Shown: positions 47,003-56,708 of the stretch, piece after piece
Layout: each line of letters begins with the position of its first letter
Position numbering within the stretch: position 1 is the first letter of the stretch
From: a virus
DNA: 64,000 bases
Strand: one strand, 5' to 3'
Virus record (IMG/VR): IMGVR_UViG_3300001505_000001
Program-made: the position numbers and the translations under genes
The notes under the pieces: generated by a model
What the model was told of the DNA's origin: nothing
The model's database searches: none
What the model saw: only the letters and a program-made list of their open reading frames with translations

Positions 47003-48640
47003 CTAAAAATCAATATCGCTATTATCGTTACTTCTGTCTACAACGTCCCCAAAAACGCCATCCTTAGAATAATATTTTTCTCGTTTAAAATCTTTTTCGG
47101 TTTTTCCTTCTGTAAATTCATATTGTAAATCTGTAATGTCTTCAATAATATTATAATCATAATCTGTTGCAAACAAACACTCTTCTCTAATTGTTGACTT
47201 GTCTAAATGTGTAAAAAGAATAACTTCTGGTATACCATCACGGTTTTTATATAAAAATCTTAACATATTTGGTTCTTTTCCAAACCCATTTTCTTCAACA
47301 ATATCTTTTACATTCTCTAAATCACGTTCTCTTGCTTTGTGTAAAATCATACCATAGTCAACCTTATCGGCTACTGCTGAACTACCACGTAAAGCATTAC
47401 TATTCATTTCGGCATCTTTACCTACACCACTTCTGTTTAGTTGTGTAGCAGATTGCATGGCAATATTATATTTTTCTGCAATAGCTCTAAGACTATCAGA
47501 TAAATATAGTAGAACTTGGTCTTCACGTTGAACGGAACCATACAATTCATTGATACTTCTTTGCAATGAGCTTCTATTTTGAATATAGTCAAACGCAACA
47601 TATTGAACATCATGGTCTAAAATATGTCTTTCTATAGTATCTTCCATGTCACTAATTGTAAAATTAGGCATATGAACTAAATATAAAGGACTTTCTTCTA
47701 ATATGTTTCCAGCTTGTTCTAGTAGCTTTCTCTGCTCCATATTGAATAATCCATTTTTTATTACTTTTCTACTAATACCAGTTAAATAACTTAATGCCAT
47801 ATAGTTAAGGTCTGCTTCATCTAATTCAGTAGAAATAAATAAACTAGGAATTGATACACCATGACTAACCCATTCTCCATTTAAGTAAATCTTATCAACT
47901 GCAACGTCTATCATATCTCTAATTTGTAATGATGATTTCATAGAACCTGTGCTACCAGAACGTAAAAGCAATTTACCTTTTTTCAGTCCACCAAATGAAC
48001 TATTTTCAAAACCACAAGCTGTAGGATAACCAAACCCCATACCTTCTCTCGTTTCATCAAGTAATTGGCTAATATTTTGACCTGCTTTAAAACTTTTAAT
48101 ATCAGTTTCAATGTTGAAGTCATCTTTTACTCTGAGATTTTTTAAAGTAAAATGTTCAAAAATATCTTTCATATCTTTTTTTCTTAATTCTTTTATTGAT
48201 TTCTCTCTAGCTAAAAAGTCCTCAGATTCCCAATCATATAAATCAGACACGTCAAAGCCTTCTAATACATAAGCTCTCAATATAGACATTTTCTTTAATA
48301 GGTCATATGATTGCCAAAATGTTTCTTTGTTAGCATGTTCTAAACAATTTTGAATATATTCATAACCTTTTTGCTCGTTCCATACTTTGTATTGTGTAGG
48401 ATATGAACTTAAATAGTTATCAATGTCTACTGCTGTAATATTTGTTACTCTGTCTCCACTAGCATTAAACACAATATTATTTATAGCCTTAAACACAATT
48501 CTATGCAATGATTGCATAAAATCTTCTGACTTTAATTGACAATCATTATGTCTTAATAATTCTGTGTCTTGACATATTGAGCCAATTACAGTATATACAC
48601 TTCTAACTGGATTTAAATTAGATAAATTCCTATTTTCCAT
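47003..48640 (-). CDS. Replicative DNA helicase (DnaB family-like)
   Basis: 545 aa; degenerate P-loop RSGSTGSMKSS; Walker B-like YVAFDYIQN; gene order helicase then primase. Confidence 0.45.
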   Translation of the reverse strand: MENRNLSNLNPVRSVYTVIGSICQDTELLRHNDCQLKSEDFMQSLHRIVFKAINNIVFNASGDRVTNITAVDIDNYLSSYPTQYKVWNEQKGYEYIQNCLEHANKETFWQSYDLLKKMSILRAYVLEGFDVSDLYDWESEDFLAREKSIKELRKKDMKDIFEHFTLKNLRVKDDFNIETDIKSFKAGQNISQLLDETREGMGFGYPTACGFENSSFGGLKKGKLLLRSGSTGSMKSSLQIRDMIDVAVDKIYLNGEWVSHGVSIPSLFISTELDEADLNYMALSYLTGISRKVIKNGLFNMEQRKLLEQAGNILEESPLYLVHMPNFTISDMEDTIERHILDHDVQYVAFDYIQNRSSLQRSINELYGSVQREDQVLLYLSDSLRAIAEKYNIAMQSATQLNRSGVGKDAEMNSNALRGSSAVADKVDYGMILHKARERDLENVKDIVEENGFGKEPNMLRFLYKNRDGIPEVILFTHLDKSTIREECLFATDYDYNIIEDITDLQYEFTEGKTEKDFKREKYYSKDGVFGDVVDRSNDNSDIDF

Positions 48641-49041
48641 TATTCATTCTCCTTATCAACGTTGTTTAATTTTTTCATCATAGCATCAATAATATAAGCC
48701 TCTTTTGAGAAAGCGTCAACACTTGTACCCCTTATATTAAACTCTTTGTGTAACTCTTTTTCTTTTTGTTTCTTACTTTTTTTCTTGTTTTGTTCTTGTT
48801 TTACCCATGAAACAAAACTCTCTGCTGCGTTGTTTTTTATATCATTTAAAAAATTAGAAACATTATCCCAATCACTAATACTATCTAAAAAATCACGTGC
48901 ATATTGTTTATAAACCAATCTTGTTAGTATATATTTATCGTCTGTAACAAAGTATGCTTTTATTTTTTTATTATTATATTTAAATTTTGTCTTTTTATCA
49001 TGTAATAATTTTCCATATTCTTCCATTTTATAATCATTCAT
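48640..49041 (-). CDS. Hypothetical protein (possible helicase-loader partner)
   Basis: 133 aa, directly upstream of and overlapping the helicase start; function not visible from sequence. Confidence 0.3.
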   Translation of the reverse strand: MNDYKMEEYGKLLHDKKTKFKYNNKKIKAYFVTDDKYILTRLVYKQYARDFLDSISDWDNVSNFLNDIKNNAAESFVSWVKQEQNKKKSKKQKEKELHKEFNIRGTSVDAFSKEAYIIDAMMKKLNNVDKENE

Positions 49042-49043
49042 AT

Positions 49044-49526
49044 TTATTCCTCCATATCATATAACATATCATTTTTATATTTATTTTTATTAAAAAGTTC
49101 ACTATTAACTATTATAGTTTCTTTTTTATTCTCTTTTCCTTTATTGTTGTTTTTATTTTCTTTTCGTTGTTTTATATAATCAATAAATTCTTTGTATGAG
49201 TTTTGATATAATGTTAACCCATATTTCATATCATATTTACGTTTTTCGATATTAATAGTGAATTTTATAAGAGCTTCTATTCTTTTGTAACTCCAGCCAT
49301 TACTATTGTGCATTTCTTTTGCATGTTTTTTCATTAAAGGTGTTACAAAACCATATTCATTAGTTAAGTATTTATACAAACTTTCTCGTTCTTCTTTTTC
49401 TTTAATGACTATTTCGTAACACTCTGGACAATAATTCTTTCCAGATATTTTTTTCATGTTTTCTTTTTCATGTTTAATTCCATATGGTTCACAATAAGGA
49501 CCATAACATTTTACTTTACGTGACAT
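49044..49526 (-). CDS. Zinc-ribbon DNA-binding protein
   Basis: CYGPYC...CPEC four-Cys motif at the N-terminus; K/N-rich basic tail. Confidence 0.4.
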   Translation of the reverse strand: MSRKVKCYGPYCEPYGIKHEKENMKKISGKNYCPECYEIVIKEKEERESLYKYLTNEYGFVTPLMKKHAKEMHNSNGWSYKRIEALIKFTINIEKRKYDMKYGLTLYQNSYKEFIDYIKQRKENKNNNKGKENKKETIIVNSELFNKNKYKNDMLYDMEE

Positions 49527-49557
49527 GTTCTCACTTCCCTATATAATGTATGTATAT

Positions 49558-49587
49558 ATTATATCATAAGACTATGTCTTTTGTCAA
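49558..49587 (-). promoter_or_regulatory. Consensus sigma-A promoter TTGACA-18-TATAAT; the terminator hairpin aagactag-aattaaat-ctagtctt is immediately upstream
   Basis: Minus strand reads TTGACAaaagacatagtcttatgaTATAAT. Confidence 0.55.
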
Positions 49588-49616
49588 TAAAAATAAGACT
49601 AGAATTAAATCTAGTC

Positions 49617-49814
49617 TTACAATCTAAAACTACTTAACAGTAATTCTATAAGAAAAACAACTCCTACACAAGCCCAAAAACTAACATATTTACCTGTAAA
49701 CGCACCAATTACTCCCCATAATACCCATGCAGGAATAAAAATCGCCGCTAATACAACTAATACAATCAATAATATAATCAATAAAACAGTCCCAATCGCT
49801 TTAAATAATTCCAT
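49617..49814 (-). CDS. Small hydrophobic membrane protein
   Basis: 65 aa, almost entirely TM. Confidence 0.4.
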   Translation of the reverse strand: MELFKAIGTVLLIILLIVLVVLAAIFIPAWVLWGVIGAFTGKYVSFWACVGVVFLIELLLSSFRL

Positions 49815-49819
49815 AATGT

Positions 49820-49969
49820 TATCTCTCCTTTTTGTTTTTTAATTTTTTATTACTATCTTCTGCTGTTTTCTTCATTTCTTCTATATTTTGTTTAATCTCT
49901 AGTGTGTTTTGTTTAATCTCTTTATCTTTTTGATATATTTTATAACACATATCATCTCTATCTGTCATA
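49820..49969 (-). CDS. Small unannotated ORF (about 49 aa)
   Basis: RBS AAGGGG then ATG. Translates as MTDRDDMCYKIYQKDKEIKQNTLEIKQNIEEMKKTAEDSNKKLKNKKER, containing a direct nucleotide repeat ttttgtttaatctct x2. Coordinates +/-1. Confidence 0.3.
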
Positions 49970-49986
49970 TTGCTTGCCCCTTATAA

Positions 49987-50409
49987 TTATACTATATGAT
50001 AAAAACCATCGACTTTTTCTTTTAAATCTTCTCTAAAATTTTTATAGTATTTTATGTCTCTATAATATTTCTTATCTTTTTTAAACTCTTTGTCTTGTTT
50101 AACTTTCTTAAAATCAAGAGCTTTTTCATATCTAATATATTGTTCTTCTCCTCCTAATACTTCAAATTGAATTTTCATTTCTTCTATTTGAGCTTTTAAC
50201 AATCTTCTTTCTTGTAAAAAATCCTGTAACTTTTTGTAGATTTCCACAGACTGTTCAACATTAAAGTTTGTGTCTCTTATATCTATTAATATATTTTCAA
50301 ATTTATTATTTATTGTTTTCATTTCTAATTGTAGGATATTTATAGTTCCTTTTAAATCTGACATTTCACTATATATTTTCTCAATGTAATTCATATACAT
50401 CCACTCCAA
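49987..50409 (-). CDS. Hypothetical coiled-coil protein
   Basis: 140 aa. Confidence 0.35.
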   Translation of the reverse strand: MEWMYMNYIEKIYSEMSDLKGTINILQLEMKTINNKFENILIDIRDTNFNVEQSVEIYKKLQDFLQERRLLKAQIEEMKIQFEVLGGEEQYIRYEKALDFKKVKQDKEFKKDKKYYRDIKYYKNFREDLKEKVDGFYHIV

Positions 50410-50959
50410 TATCTGTTAAATAATTCTTCAATCTTAAATATAATTGAATACCACCTAAAGAATCAAAATGATTCTTAATATTTTCTTGTTTTCTTTCAAT
50501 TTTTTCTTTCTTGTGAAGTTTCAATTGATATTGTAAAGCATGTATCATGTTGTACATATCACACCCGTTCATATTCTCTGTTTCTATAGTATGATATATT
50601 TCTTTTATTATTTTTTTGGAAAATGGCACTTTATTAGAATCTATCGAATCTACACATTTCTCCATTTGTTTTTTAGCTTCATATAGATGTTTATATTTAT
50701 TTTTTAAAGCATTAATAGATTTATTTGATATATCATATTGTGTTGTGTTTTTTCTTTTATTTTTATTAACGTTATTATCAAAATCATATTTATTTTCTAA
50801 TCCTTTTAATACTTTTTGTCTTTGTCTCCTTTTGTTTAATCTTTTTTGTAGTATCTCATCTGTAGGATTATCTCTATAATCATTTAATTTTAACGATTGT
50901 AAGATTGAATTTCTTTGTTGTTTTATTTCCTTTGTTGGCATTTTTTTCATATTATTCAT
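50381..50959 (-). CDS. Hypothetical basic protein
   Basis: 192 aa, K/R-rich. Confidence 0.35.
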   Translation of the reverse strand: MNNMKKMPTKEIKQQRNSILQSLKLNDYRDNPTDEILQKRLNKRRQRQKVLKGLENKYDFDNNVNKNKRKNTTQYDISNKSINALKNKYKHLYEAKKQMEKCVDSIDSNKVPFSKKIIKEIYHTIETENMNGCDMYNMIHALQYQLKLHKKEKIERKQENIKNHFDSLGGIQLYLRLKNYLTDIGVDVYELH

Positions 50960-50982
50960 TCCTTTATATCTAAGATACTTAT

Positions 50983-51011
50983 ATTATATATGTATGCCCC
51001 CTTAATGTCAA
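50983..51011 (-). promoter_or_regulatory. Consensus sigma-A promoter TTGACA-17-TATAAT inside the hairpin ccccctt-aatgtc-aaggggg
   Basis: Minus strand reads TTGACAttaagggggcatacataTATAAT. Confidence 0.55.
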
Positions 51012-51024
51012 GGGGGTTTAGATA

Positions 51025-51984
51025 TTATTCAAAATAAAAATCTTCGTCTTTAATAGCAACCACTGTAGCTTTCTTATAAGAATCCCCTTTAACACTAAAG
51101 AAATCATGTGTTTTCTTACCAACATTTAAGCCATTTAACACAATAGGATTAGGGTCATCATGCTCATAACGTGATTCATAACCTAAATTATTTAATGCTT
51201 TATTTGCATTGTATTTAACGAAATCTAATACATCAATTGTTAAATCAACTTGGTCATATAAATATCTAGTATATCCAATTTCATTTTCTAATAATTCATC
51301 AAATAAATTAATAGTAAATTCTTCCAAACCTTTGATTTGTTCATCAGTTAAATCTTTTAATAACTCTTGGTAATTCAACCCTGTGTACACGCCGTGTATC
51401 GACTCATCTCTTATTATTAAATTAATAATCTCTCCTGCTCCAACTAGTTTTCCTTGTCCTGCCATATATAATGGATAGTAAAATCCAGAATAGAATAGAA
51501 ATGTTTCTAATGCAACCGATGCTGACATTGCTTTTGCTAATGTGTAATCATCTACGATTTCATCATAATATTTTTTGATAATTAATCCTTTTTTCTGTAG
51601 ATGAGGATTTTCTTTTACCCATTCAAACAGTTCGTTAATACGTTTAGACGATTCTAAAGTTAGAAAAATATTAGAATATGAGCGAGCATGAACCGCTGTC
51701 TCCATACCGCCCATAAACGTAAACACTGCTTTCTTTTGGTGTGAATTTACATGGCGTGCAATGTCTGGCATACCAACGTCCCCTTGTAAGGAATCTAGCA
51801 AGGTTAGACCTGCTAGAACTTTTGAATAAGTTTCTTTCTCGTCTTCTGTTAATTTTTTCCATGTTAATGTATCATTAGACAAACTTACCTCTTCTGGCAG
51901 CCAAAATTGTTTTAAATTTTGTAACATAAACATTTCTGAAAAGTCGTCATCTTTTTTATTCCAATTACCTGCTGTTAATACCAA
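51025..51984 (-). CDS. nrdF: Ribonucleotide reductase class Ib small subunit
   Basis: 319 aa; di-iron/tyrosyl-radical protein pattern including [10 protein letters not shown]; follows nrdE. Confidence 0.7.
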   Translation of the reverse strand: MVLTAGNWNKKDDDFSEMFMLQNLKQFWLPEEVSLSNDTLTWKKLTEDEKETYSKVLAGLTLLDSLQGDVGMPDIARHVNSHQKKAVFTFMGGMETAVHARSYSNIFLTLESSKRINELFEWVKENPHLQKKGLIIKKYYDEIVDDYTLAKAMSASVALETFLFYSGFYYPLYMAGQGKLVGAGEIINLIIRDESIHGVYTGLNYQELLKDLTDEQIKGLEEFTINLFDELLENEIGYTRYLYDQVDLTIDVLDFVKYNANKALNNLGYESRYEHDDPNPIVLNGLNVGKKTHDFFSVKGDSYKKATVVAIKDEDFYFE

Positions 51985-52000
51985 TATAATTTCCTCCTAT

Positions 52001-54121
52001 TTACACTGCACAACTTAAACATTCTGCTTGTTGATAATCTTTTTGTCTAGTATAATATAATGTTTTAATACCTTTGTGATGAGCATATAGATAAATTCTA
52101 GTCAATTGTCTAGTATCTACACTATCCTTAACAAACAACGTAAAACTAATACCTTGATGAACGTGTTTTTGAATAGTAGCAATTAAATCCACTACTTTAA
52201 ACATATCCATATCGTATGCTTCTTTGTAATAGAACCATGTAGAATTATTTAAACCAGGCATAGGATAGAATGTTCTACTATCTCCATAAGTTCTTTCTTC
52301 TACTCTATCAGTGATTGGCATTACTGATGCTGTGGCTGATTGAACATACGAGATGCTGCCGGTAGGTGCAATTGCTGATAAATATGAATGATACATACCA
52401 TCTTCTTTTACTTTTTGAGCTAATGCTTTCCAATCATCTTTTGTAGGAATATGAATACCTTCAAATAATGCTTTCACTTTGTCAGATTTAATCTCAAAAT
52501 CTTCATTATAACGCTCAAAATATTTACCAGTTTGATAGTCTGAACCTTCAAAGCCTTTAAAAGTTTTATTTCTTTCTTTAGCAATGTCAGTTGATTCCAT
52601 AATAGTCCAATAGTTTACAGTTCTAAAGAATGCGTCTACAAACTCAATAGCGTCTTTTGATTCATAAGCAATACCGTTTTGTGCTAAATATCCATGTAGA
52701 CCTAAAGCCCCCAACCCAACAGAGTGCATTTCATCATTGGCTTTTTTAACTGCTGGTGCATTTTTAATGTTTGTTTCATCAGACACTCTTGTTAATGCTT
52801 TGATTGAGTATCTTACTGTTGTTTCAAAGTCTTTTTGTTTCATGACATTTCCAATATTTAATGAACCTAAATTACATGAAATATCTTGACCGATATTATC
52901 TGGTTCTTCATAGTCTGTATACTCTGATACTTCGCTGTATTGTAAAATTTCACTACAAAGATTAGAGAATTTTACTTTACCTAAATTATTTAATGCGTGG
53001 TCTTTGTTAACATTATCTTCAAACATAATATAAGGATAGCCACTTTCTATTTGAGTTACAGAAATTTGCTCTAATAAATCTCTAGGGTCAATTTTTTGCT
53101 TTCTAATTTCTGGGTCGTTAATTAGTTTATCGTACCATTCTTCCATATCAATTTCATCAATAGTAACGCCATATTTATCCCATAAATTTTTAGGATAGAA
53201 TAAGTACATAGGTTCATTGTTTCTTGCTAACTCAATAAACTTGTCTGGAATAACTACTCCAATAGATAATGTTTTAACACGTACGTCTTCGTCAGCACTA
53301 ATTTTTTTAGTGTCTAAGAAATCGTAAATATCAGCATGGAACACATTTAAATAAGTAGCAAAGCTACCTTGACGTTTACCGCCTTGATTAATATGTCTTT
53401 GTGATTGGTCTAAGTTTTTCATAATAGGTACTACACCCATTGTTTTATTATCGTTACCCATTAAATCTTCGTTCTTAGCACGTGTTTTAGTTAAATTAAT
53501 GGAGATTCCACCTCCAAGTTTACTTAACTGTCTTGCTGTACTATTCATCATATTAATATCATTTAGTGAATCTCCAGTTTCTAATAAGAAACAAGAAACC
53601 ATTTCTCCTGCTTTAAATAACCCAGCATTTAACATTGTCGGTGTTGCAGGTTGGTATTGTTGTGTCATTAATAAATCAATATATTTCAACGCTTCGTCTA
53701 TATCGCCGTTACCAAAGAACAACGCTACTACTGATAATCTATCTTCATAGCGCTCTAAGAAATGTTGGTTATCATGTGTTTTTAGTGCGTAAGAATCATA
53801 GAATTTTTTAGCCGACATGTAAGACGGGAATCTAAACTTATAGTTATAAGCACGTTTAAATACTTTTTTAATCTCTGAAAACTTGTATTTATCAAATAAT
53901 TCTTTACTATAATATCTATTTTCTAAAAGATAATTAATTTTTTCTTTTAAGTCATGGAACCAAACCATGTTCATATTTACATAATCTACAAAATACTTCT
54001 TAACTGCCTCTTTATCTTTTTCAATTTGTAATTCTCCTTGAGCAGAAATTACTTCATTGTTCAATTCAATGTGTCCTTTTTCTTTAACCAACAGAATCAA
54101 CCTTTCTAATAATGTCTTCAA
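52001..54121 (-). CDS. nrdE: Ribonucleotide reductase class Ib large subunit
   Basis: 706 aa. N-terminal region aligns with NrdE (KKFYDSYALKTHDNQHFLERYEDRLSVVAL); active-site region SNLCSEI; C-terminal CLSCAV. Confidence 0.75.
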   Translation of the reverse strand: MKTLLERLILLVKEKGHIELNNEVISAQGELQIEKDKEAVKKYFVDYVNMNMVWFHDLKEKINYLLENRYYSKELFDKYKFSEIKKVFKRAYNYKFRFPSYMSAKKFYDSYALKTHDNQHFLERYEDRLSVVALFFGNGDIDEALKYIDLLMTQQYQPATPTMLNAGLFKAGEMVSCFLLETGDSLNDINMMNSTARQLSKLGGGISINLTKTRAKNEDLMGNDNKTMGVVPIMKNLDQSQRHINQGGKRQGSFATYLNVFHADIYDFLDTKKISADEDVRVKTLSIGVVIPDKFIELARNNEPMYLFYPKNLWDKYGVTIDEIDMEEWYDKLINDPEIRKQKIDPRDLLEQISVTQIESGYPYIMFEDNVNKDHALNNLGKVKFSNLCSEILQYSEVSEYTDYEEPDNIGQDISCNLGSLNIGNVMKQKDFETTVRYSIKALTRVSDETNIKNAPAVKKANDEMHSVGLGALGLHGYLAQNGIAYESKDAIEFVDAFFRTVNYWTIMESTDIAKERNKTFKGFEGSDYQTGKYFERYNEDFEIKSDKVKALFEGIHIPTKDDWKALAQKVKEDGMYHSYLSAIAPTGSISYVQSATASVMPITDRVEERTYGDSRTFYPMPGLNNSTWFYYKEAYDMDMFKVVDLIATIQKHVHQGISFTLFVKDSVDTRQLTRIYLYAHHKGIKTLYYTRQKDYQQAECLSCAV

Positions 54122-54446
54122 TTTTTTGTTTATCTTTTTTAGTCCCAGACAACTCTAATTTGCAATATAGTGGAACACCGTATTCGTCAGATATTTTTTC
54201 TCCTGCAACTGCAAATAATGAGCCCCAATTTCTATTACCAAAAGATACTACACCTATCATTTTATTAGAATGTTTGTCTAAAAAATTTTGCACAGGTTCT
54301 GGTATCTGTCCAAAATTATAAGTAGGAGTAAACAATATATAATTATCTTTAGGCTCTGAATCTATATTATGTTTCTCTAAGTCTGTATCTAAACTATCAA
54401 TAAATCTTTTAGTATTATTTGACTTGGAGTAATATATTAATTCCAA
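54084..54446 (-). CDS. nrdI: NrdI flavodoxin-like protein
   Basis: 120 aa; LIYYSKSNNTKRF matches the NrdI N-terminus (VYFSSKSGNT.RF); precedes nrdE. Confidence 0.65.
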   Translation of the reverse strand: MELIYYSKSNNTKRFIDSLDTDLEKHNIDSEPKDNYILFTPTYNFGQIPEPVQNFLDKHSNKMIGVVSFGNRNWGSLFAVAGEKISDEYGVPLYCKLELSGTKKDKQKIEDIIRKVDSVG

Positions 54447-54479
54447 TTTTATTACCTCCCAAATTCTAGCTCAATATAT

Positions 54480-54508
54480 ATTATATCATAAAAGAACAGT
54501 TTTGTCAA
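54480..54508 (-). promoter_or_regulatory. Consensus sigma-A promoter TTGACA-17-TATAAT for the nrdIEF operon, embedded in the palindrome agaacagtt-ttgtc-aactgttct
   Basis: Minus strand reads TTGACAaaactgttcttttatgaTATAAT. The palindrome also forms the terminator of the upstream gene, with a T-run on the minus strand. Confidence 0.6.
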
Positions 54509-54528
54509 CTGTTCTTGTAAAATAATTA

Positions 54529-54762
54529 TTATTTTTTGCCACTTCTAAATGTAATTAAATCTTCATGTAAAACAACTTTAACAAGGGCTGGAACCCCATC
54601 TTTTGTTTCTTCTATAATTTCTACATTGTTATATATCTTACATAACCTAGTTATATGTGGAATATTGGAACTATATATAATCCATCTATTTAATTCTTTA
54701 TCGTAGGAGCATGTTGTTTCTGCTTCGTATTTAGAATATCTACTGTCTACTATTTTAGCCAT
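54529..54762 (-). CDS. Hypothetical small protein
   Basis: 77 aa; no CxxC motif. Confidence 0.35.
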   Translation of the reverse strand: MAKIVDSRYSKYEAETTCSYDKELNRWIIYSSNIPHITRLCKIYNNVEIIEETKDGVPALVKVVLHEDLITFRSGKK

Positions 54763-54923
54763 TTATCAATCTCTTTATTTACTTCGATTTTAGCAAAACC
54801 TTTAAGATTTTTATGTTTGGAAATAACCTTATCTTTTAATGCTTCAGTAGAAACTGCTCCCATATAGTCCCCGTCTTTATTAAAAATCGCATAAACTGTA
54901 TATTGTGGTAATTTATTATCCAT
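54750..54923 (-). CDS. Small unannotated ORF (57 aa)
   Basis: RBS GAGGGA then ATG. Translates as MDNKLPQYTVYAIFNKDGDYMGAVSTEALKDKVISKHKNLKGFAKIEVNKEIDKWLK; overlaps the downstream start by 13 nt. Confidence 0.35.
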   Translation of the reverse strand: MDNKLPQYTVYAIFNKDGDYMGAVSTEALKDKVISKHKNLKGFAKIEVNKEIDKWLK

Positions 54924-55404
54924 GCTTTAATCCCTCATTTCTTATTAATGAATCAATTTGTGTAACTTTGTCTCTAATATCATCAAATCTTATATTATTT
55001 TCAATATCTCTATTACCATATATCTTTTCATATAATCTTATTTTATCAAGTAATGAATCTAACTCATTATTTGCCATACCTATATCTTTATTTATCTCGT
55101 CTACTAAATGTCGTTTCTTTCTCTTTATTTCAGTGTTGTTTGCTAGTTCTTGTAGTTTAGTTTCTGGGTAGTAGCTCAATTCTATGAGGTTTTCAATTAC
55201 CTTTATTTTATTAAGAGAGCTAGTTTTAATTACTTCATCATTATAAACATAGTTGACAACTAATAAACCAGCTATCCCTTGTGTTTTTTTGACATCTATA
55301 TAATTTCCTCCGCCTAAATCTACACCTACAAATTCATTCATTTTATGTTCTTCTAACTCATAATAGCTTTCTTCAAATTTCTCTCTTAATCCATCGTTTA
55401 CCAT
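54916..55404 (-). CDS. Hypothetical protein
   Basis: 162 aa. Confidence 0.35.
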   Translation of the reverse strand: MVNDGLREKFEESYYELEEHKMNEFVGVDLGGGNYIDVKKTQGIAGLLVVNYVYNDEVIKTSSLNKIKVIENLIELSYYPETKLQELANNTEIKRKKRHLVDEINKDIGMANNELDSLLDKIRLYEKIYGNRDIENNIRFDDIRDKVTQIDSLIRNEGLKHG

Positions 55405-55424
55405 AAATAACCTCTCCTTTTATA

Positions 55425-55790
55425 TTATTCATTATCCCAACGAACAGACACCATAACACCATCTTGTAAATCTTCATATACTGTATGGAAACCTTCATTG
55501 TCTAATTCTTTAAGAACTGCTAATATTTCTTGTTTATTATACCCTTCTATAGGTTCTTTAAACTTAAATATTTTATAATACAATATACAACTAAACCTAC
55601 CTTTTTCACTGGCTATTTTAATATCTGATTTAGCTTGTTTTAAAAATTCATTAATATTTTTCTTTTTAGGTTTAGCTGTATTAAAGTCATTTCTTGTTCC
55701 TTGAAACCAACGTTTTGCTTTAATAGTATTATCATAGGTTCGTTGTGCTAAATTTTTCTTTGCCATTACACTAATTCGCCATCTTTCCAA
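55425..55790 (-). CDS. Hypothetical protein
   Basis: 121 aa. Confidence 0.35.
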   Translation of the reverse strand: MERWRISVMAKKNLAQRTYDNTIKAKRWFQGTRNDFNTAKPKKKNINEFLKQAKSDIKIASEKGRFSCILYYKIFKFKEPIEGYNKQEILAVLKELDNEGFHTVYEDLQDGVMVSVRWDNE

Positions 55791-56173
55791 ATAAGCGTCA
55801 TTGTCATGTCATCATTTAAGATGTAAATAGAAACGCTATGTTCATTTTTAACTTCCGAAACAGTGCGGTTACCGTACATATAAGATTTTAATATTTTTAA
55901 GTCTTTCCAACCTTCCTCTTTTGAAGGTATTGCATTTCTAACTTCTAAAAGTCTAGGAATTGCCGTTTCTTCTGTGATTGATTCTTCAATTTCTACTGTG
56001 AAAGTCTCGTTCACAGCAATTTCATGCTCTATTGATATATTTTGAAGCATATCGAAATACACAGAACCACCATCGAGATTACTATAAAACGCTTTTTCTG
56101 TAATACGGTTCTTCCAACCCCACTGAATTAATTCCGGTAGTGTCATTTCAACTTCCTTTTTAATGTTTACCAT
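55766..56173 (-). CDS. Hypothetical protein
   Basis: 135 aa. Confidence 0.35.
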   Translation of the reverse strand: MVNIKKEVEMTLPELIQWGWKNRITEKAFYSNLDGGSVYFDMLQNISIEHEIAVNETFTVEIEESITEETAIPRLLEVRNAIPSKEEGWKDLKILKSYMYGNRTVSEVKNEHSVSIYILNDDMTMTLIWKDGELV

Positions 56174-56188
56174 AATATCTCTCCTTAT

Positions 56189-56323
56189 TTACTTATCCTT
56201 TACATAATCTAAAGGAATATCAATATCATCCTCTGATTCCATCTTAACAAATAGATTTCTTAAAGTCAAGTATAATATATAAATAATACCACATAAAACC
56301 GTTATTTTAGCTAGTATTTTCAT
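56189..56323 (-). CDS. Small membrane protein (44 aa; start moved to the second Met)
   Basis: MKILAKITVLCGIIYILYLTL... preceded by GAAAGGG. The track start at 56371 would translate the GC-rich leader element. Confidence 0.35.
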   Translation of the reverse strand: MKILAKITVLCGIIYILYLTLRNLFVKMESEDDIDIPLDYVKDK

Positions 56324-56483
56324 TTTTAAAACCCTTTCATGACGGGCTTCGTGACACCCGCCTATTTTCAAAAAATATTTTTATCCATTTCTTTAATAAA
56401 AAAACCTATAACGACGCGGTTTATAGCACTTTATTTATTCTTGGATTAGCTTTTATTGTGTATTTTAACCTTAAAATGTTCAA

Positions 56484-56684
56484 TTATTTTTCATCCATGA
56501 CTTCTTCAACTTCTACAATTTCTCTTTGTAATTTCACATTGTTTGGATGGCTATTAAATACCTCTTGTGCTTTCTCTTTAGCTTCTTCAACGTTATTTGC
56601 TTCAACTACATAACATGGATGAAAGAAAAAGGCTGGATGAACAAAAGTTTCAAACATCACTCTATATTTTTCCATCACTACCAC
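56484..56684 (-). CDS. Hypothetical small protein
   Basis: 66 aa. Confidence 0.35.
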   Translation of the reverse strand: MVVMEKYRVMFETFVHPAFFFHPCYVVEANNVEEAKEKAQEVFNSHPNNVKLQREIVEVEEVMDEK

Positions 56685-56708
56685 ACTCCAATAAGTTATT
56701 TTTTAATA

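Noticed and set aside
50997-51016. Hairpin ccccctt-aatgtc-aaggggg as a terminator for the gene above
   Set aside because: No T-run follows it on the minus strand. It is more likely just a structured -35 region of the 50983-51011 promoter.
54529-54762. Calling the gene upstream of nrdI 'nrdH'
   Set aside because: The position fits but the protein has no CxxC redox motif; the CTKCP redoxin is at 61163..61423 instead.
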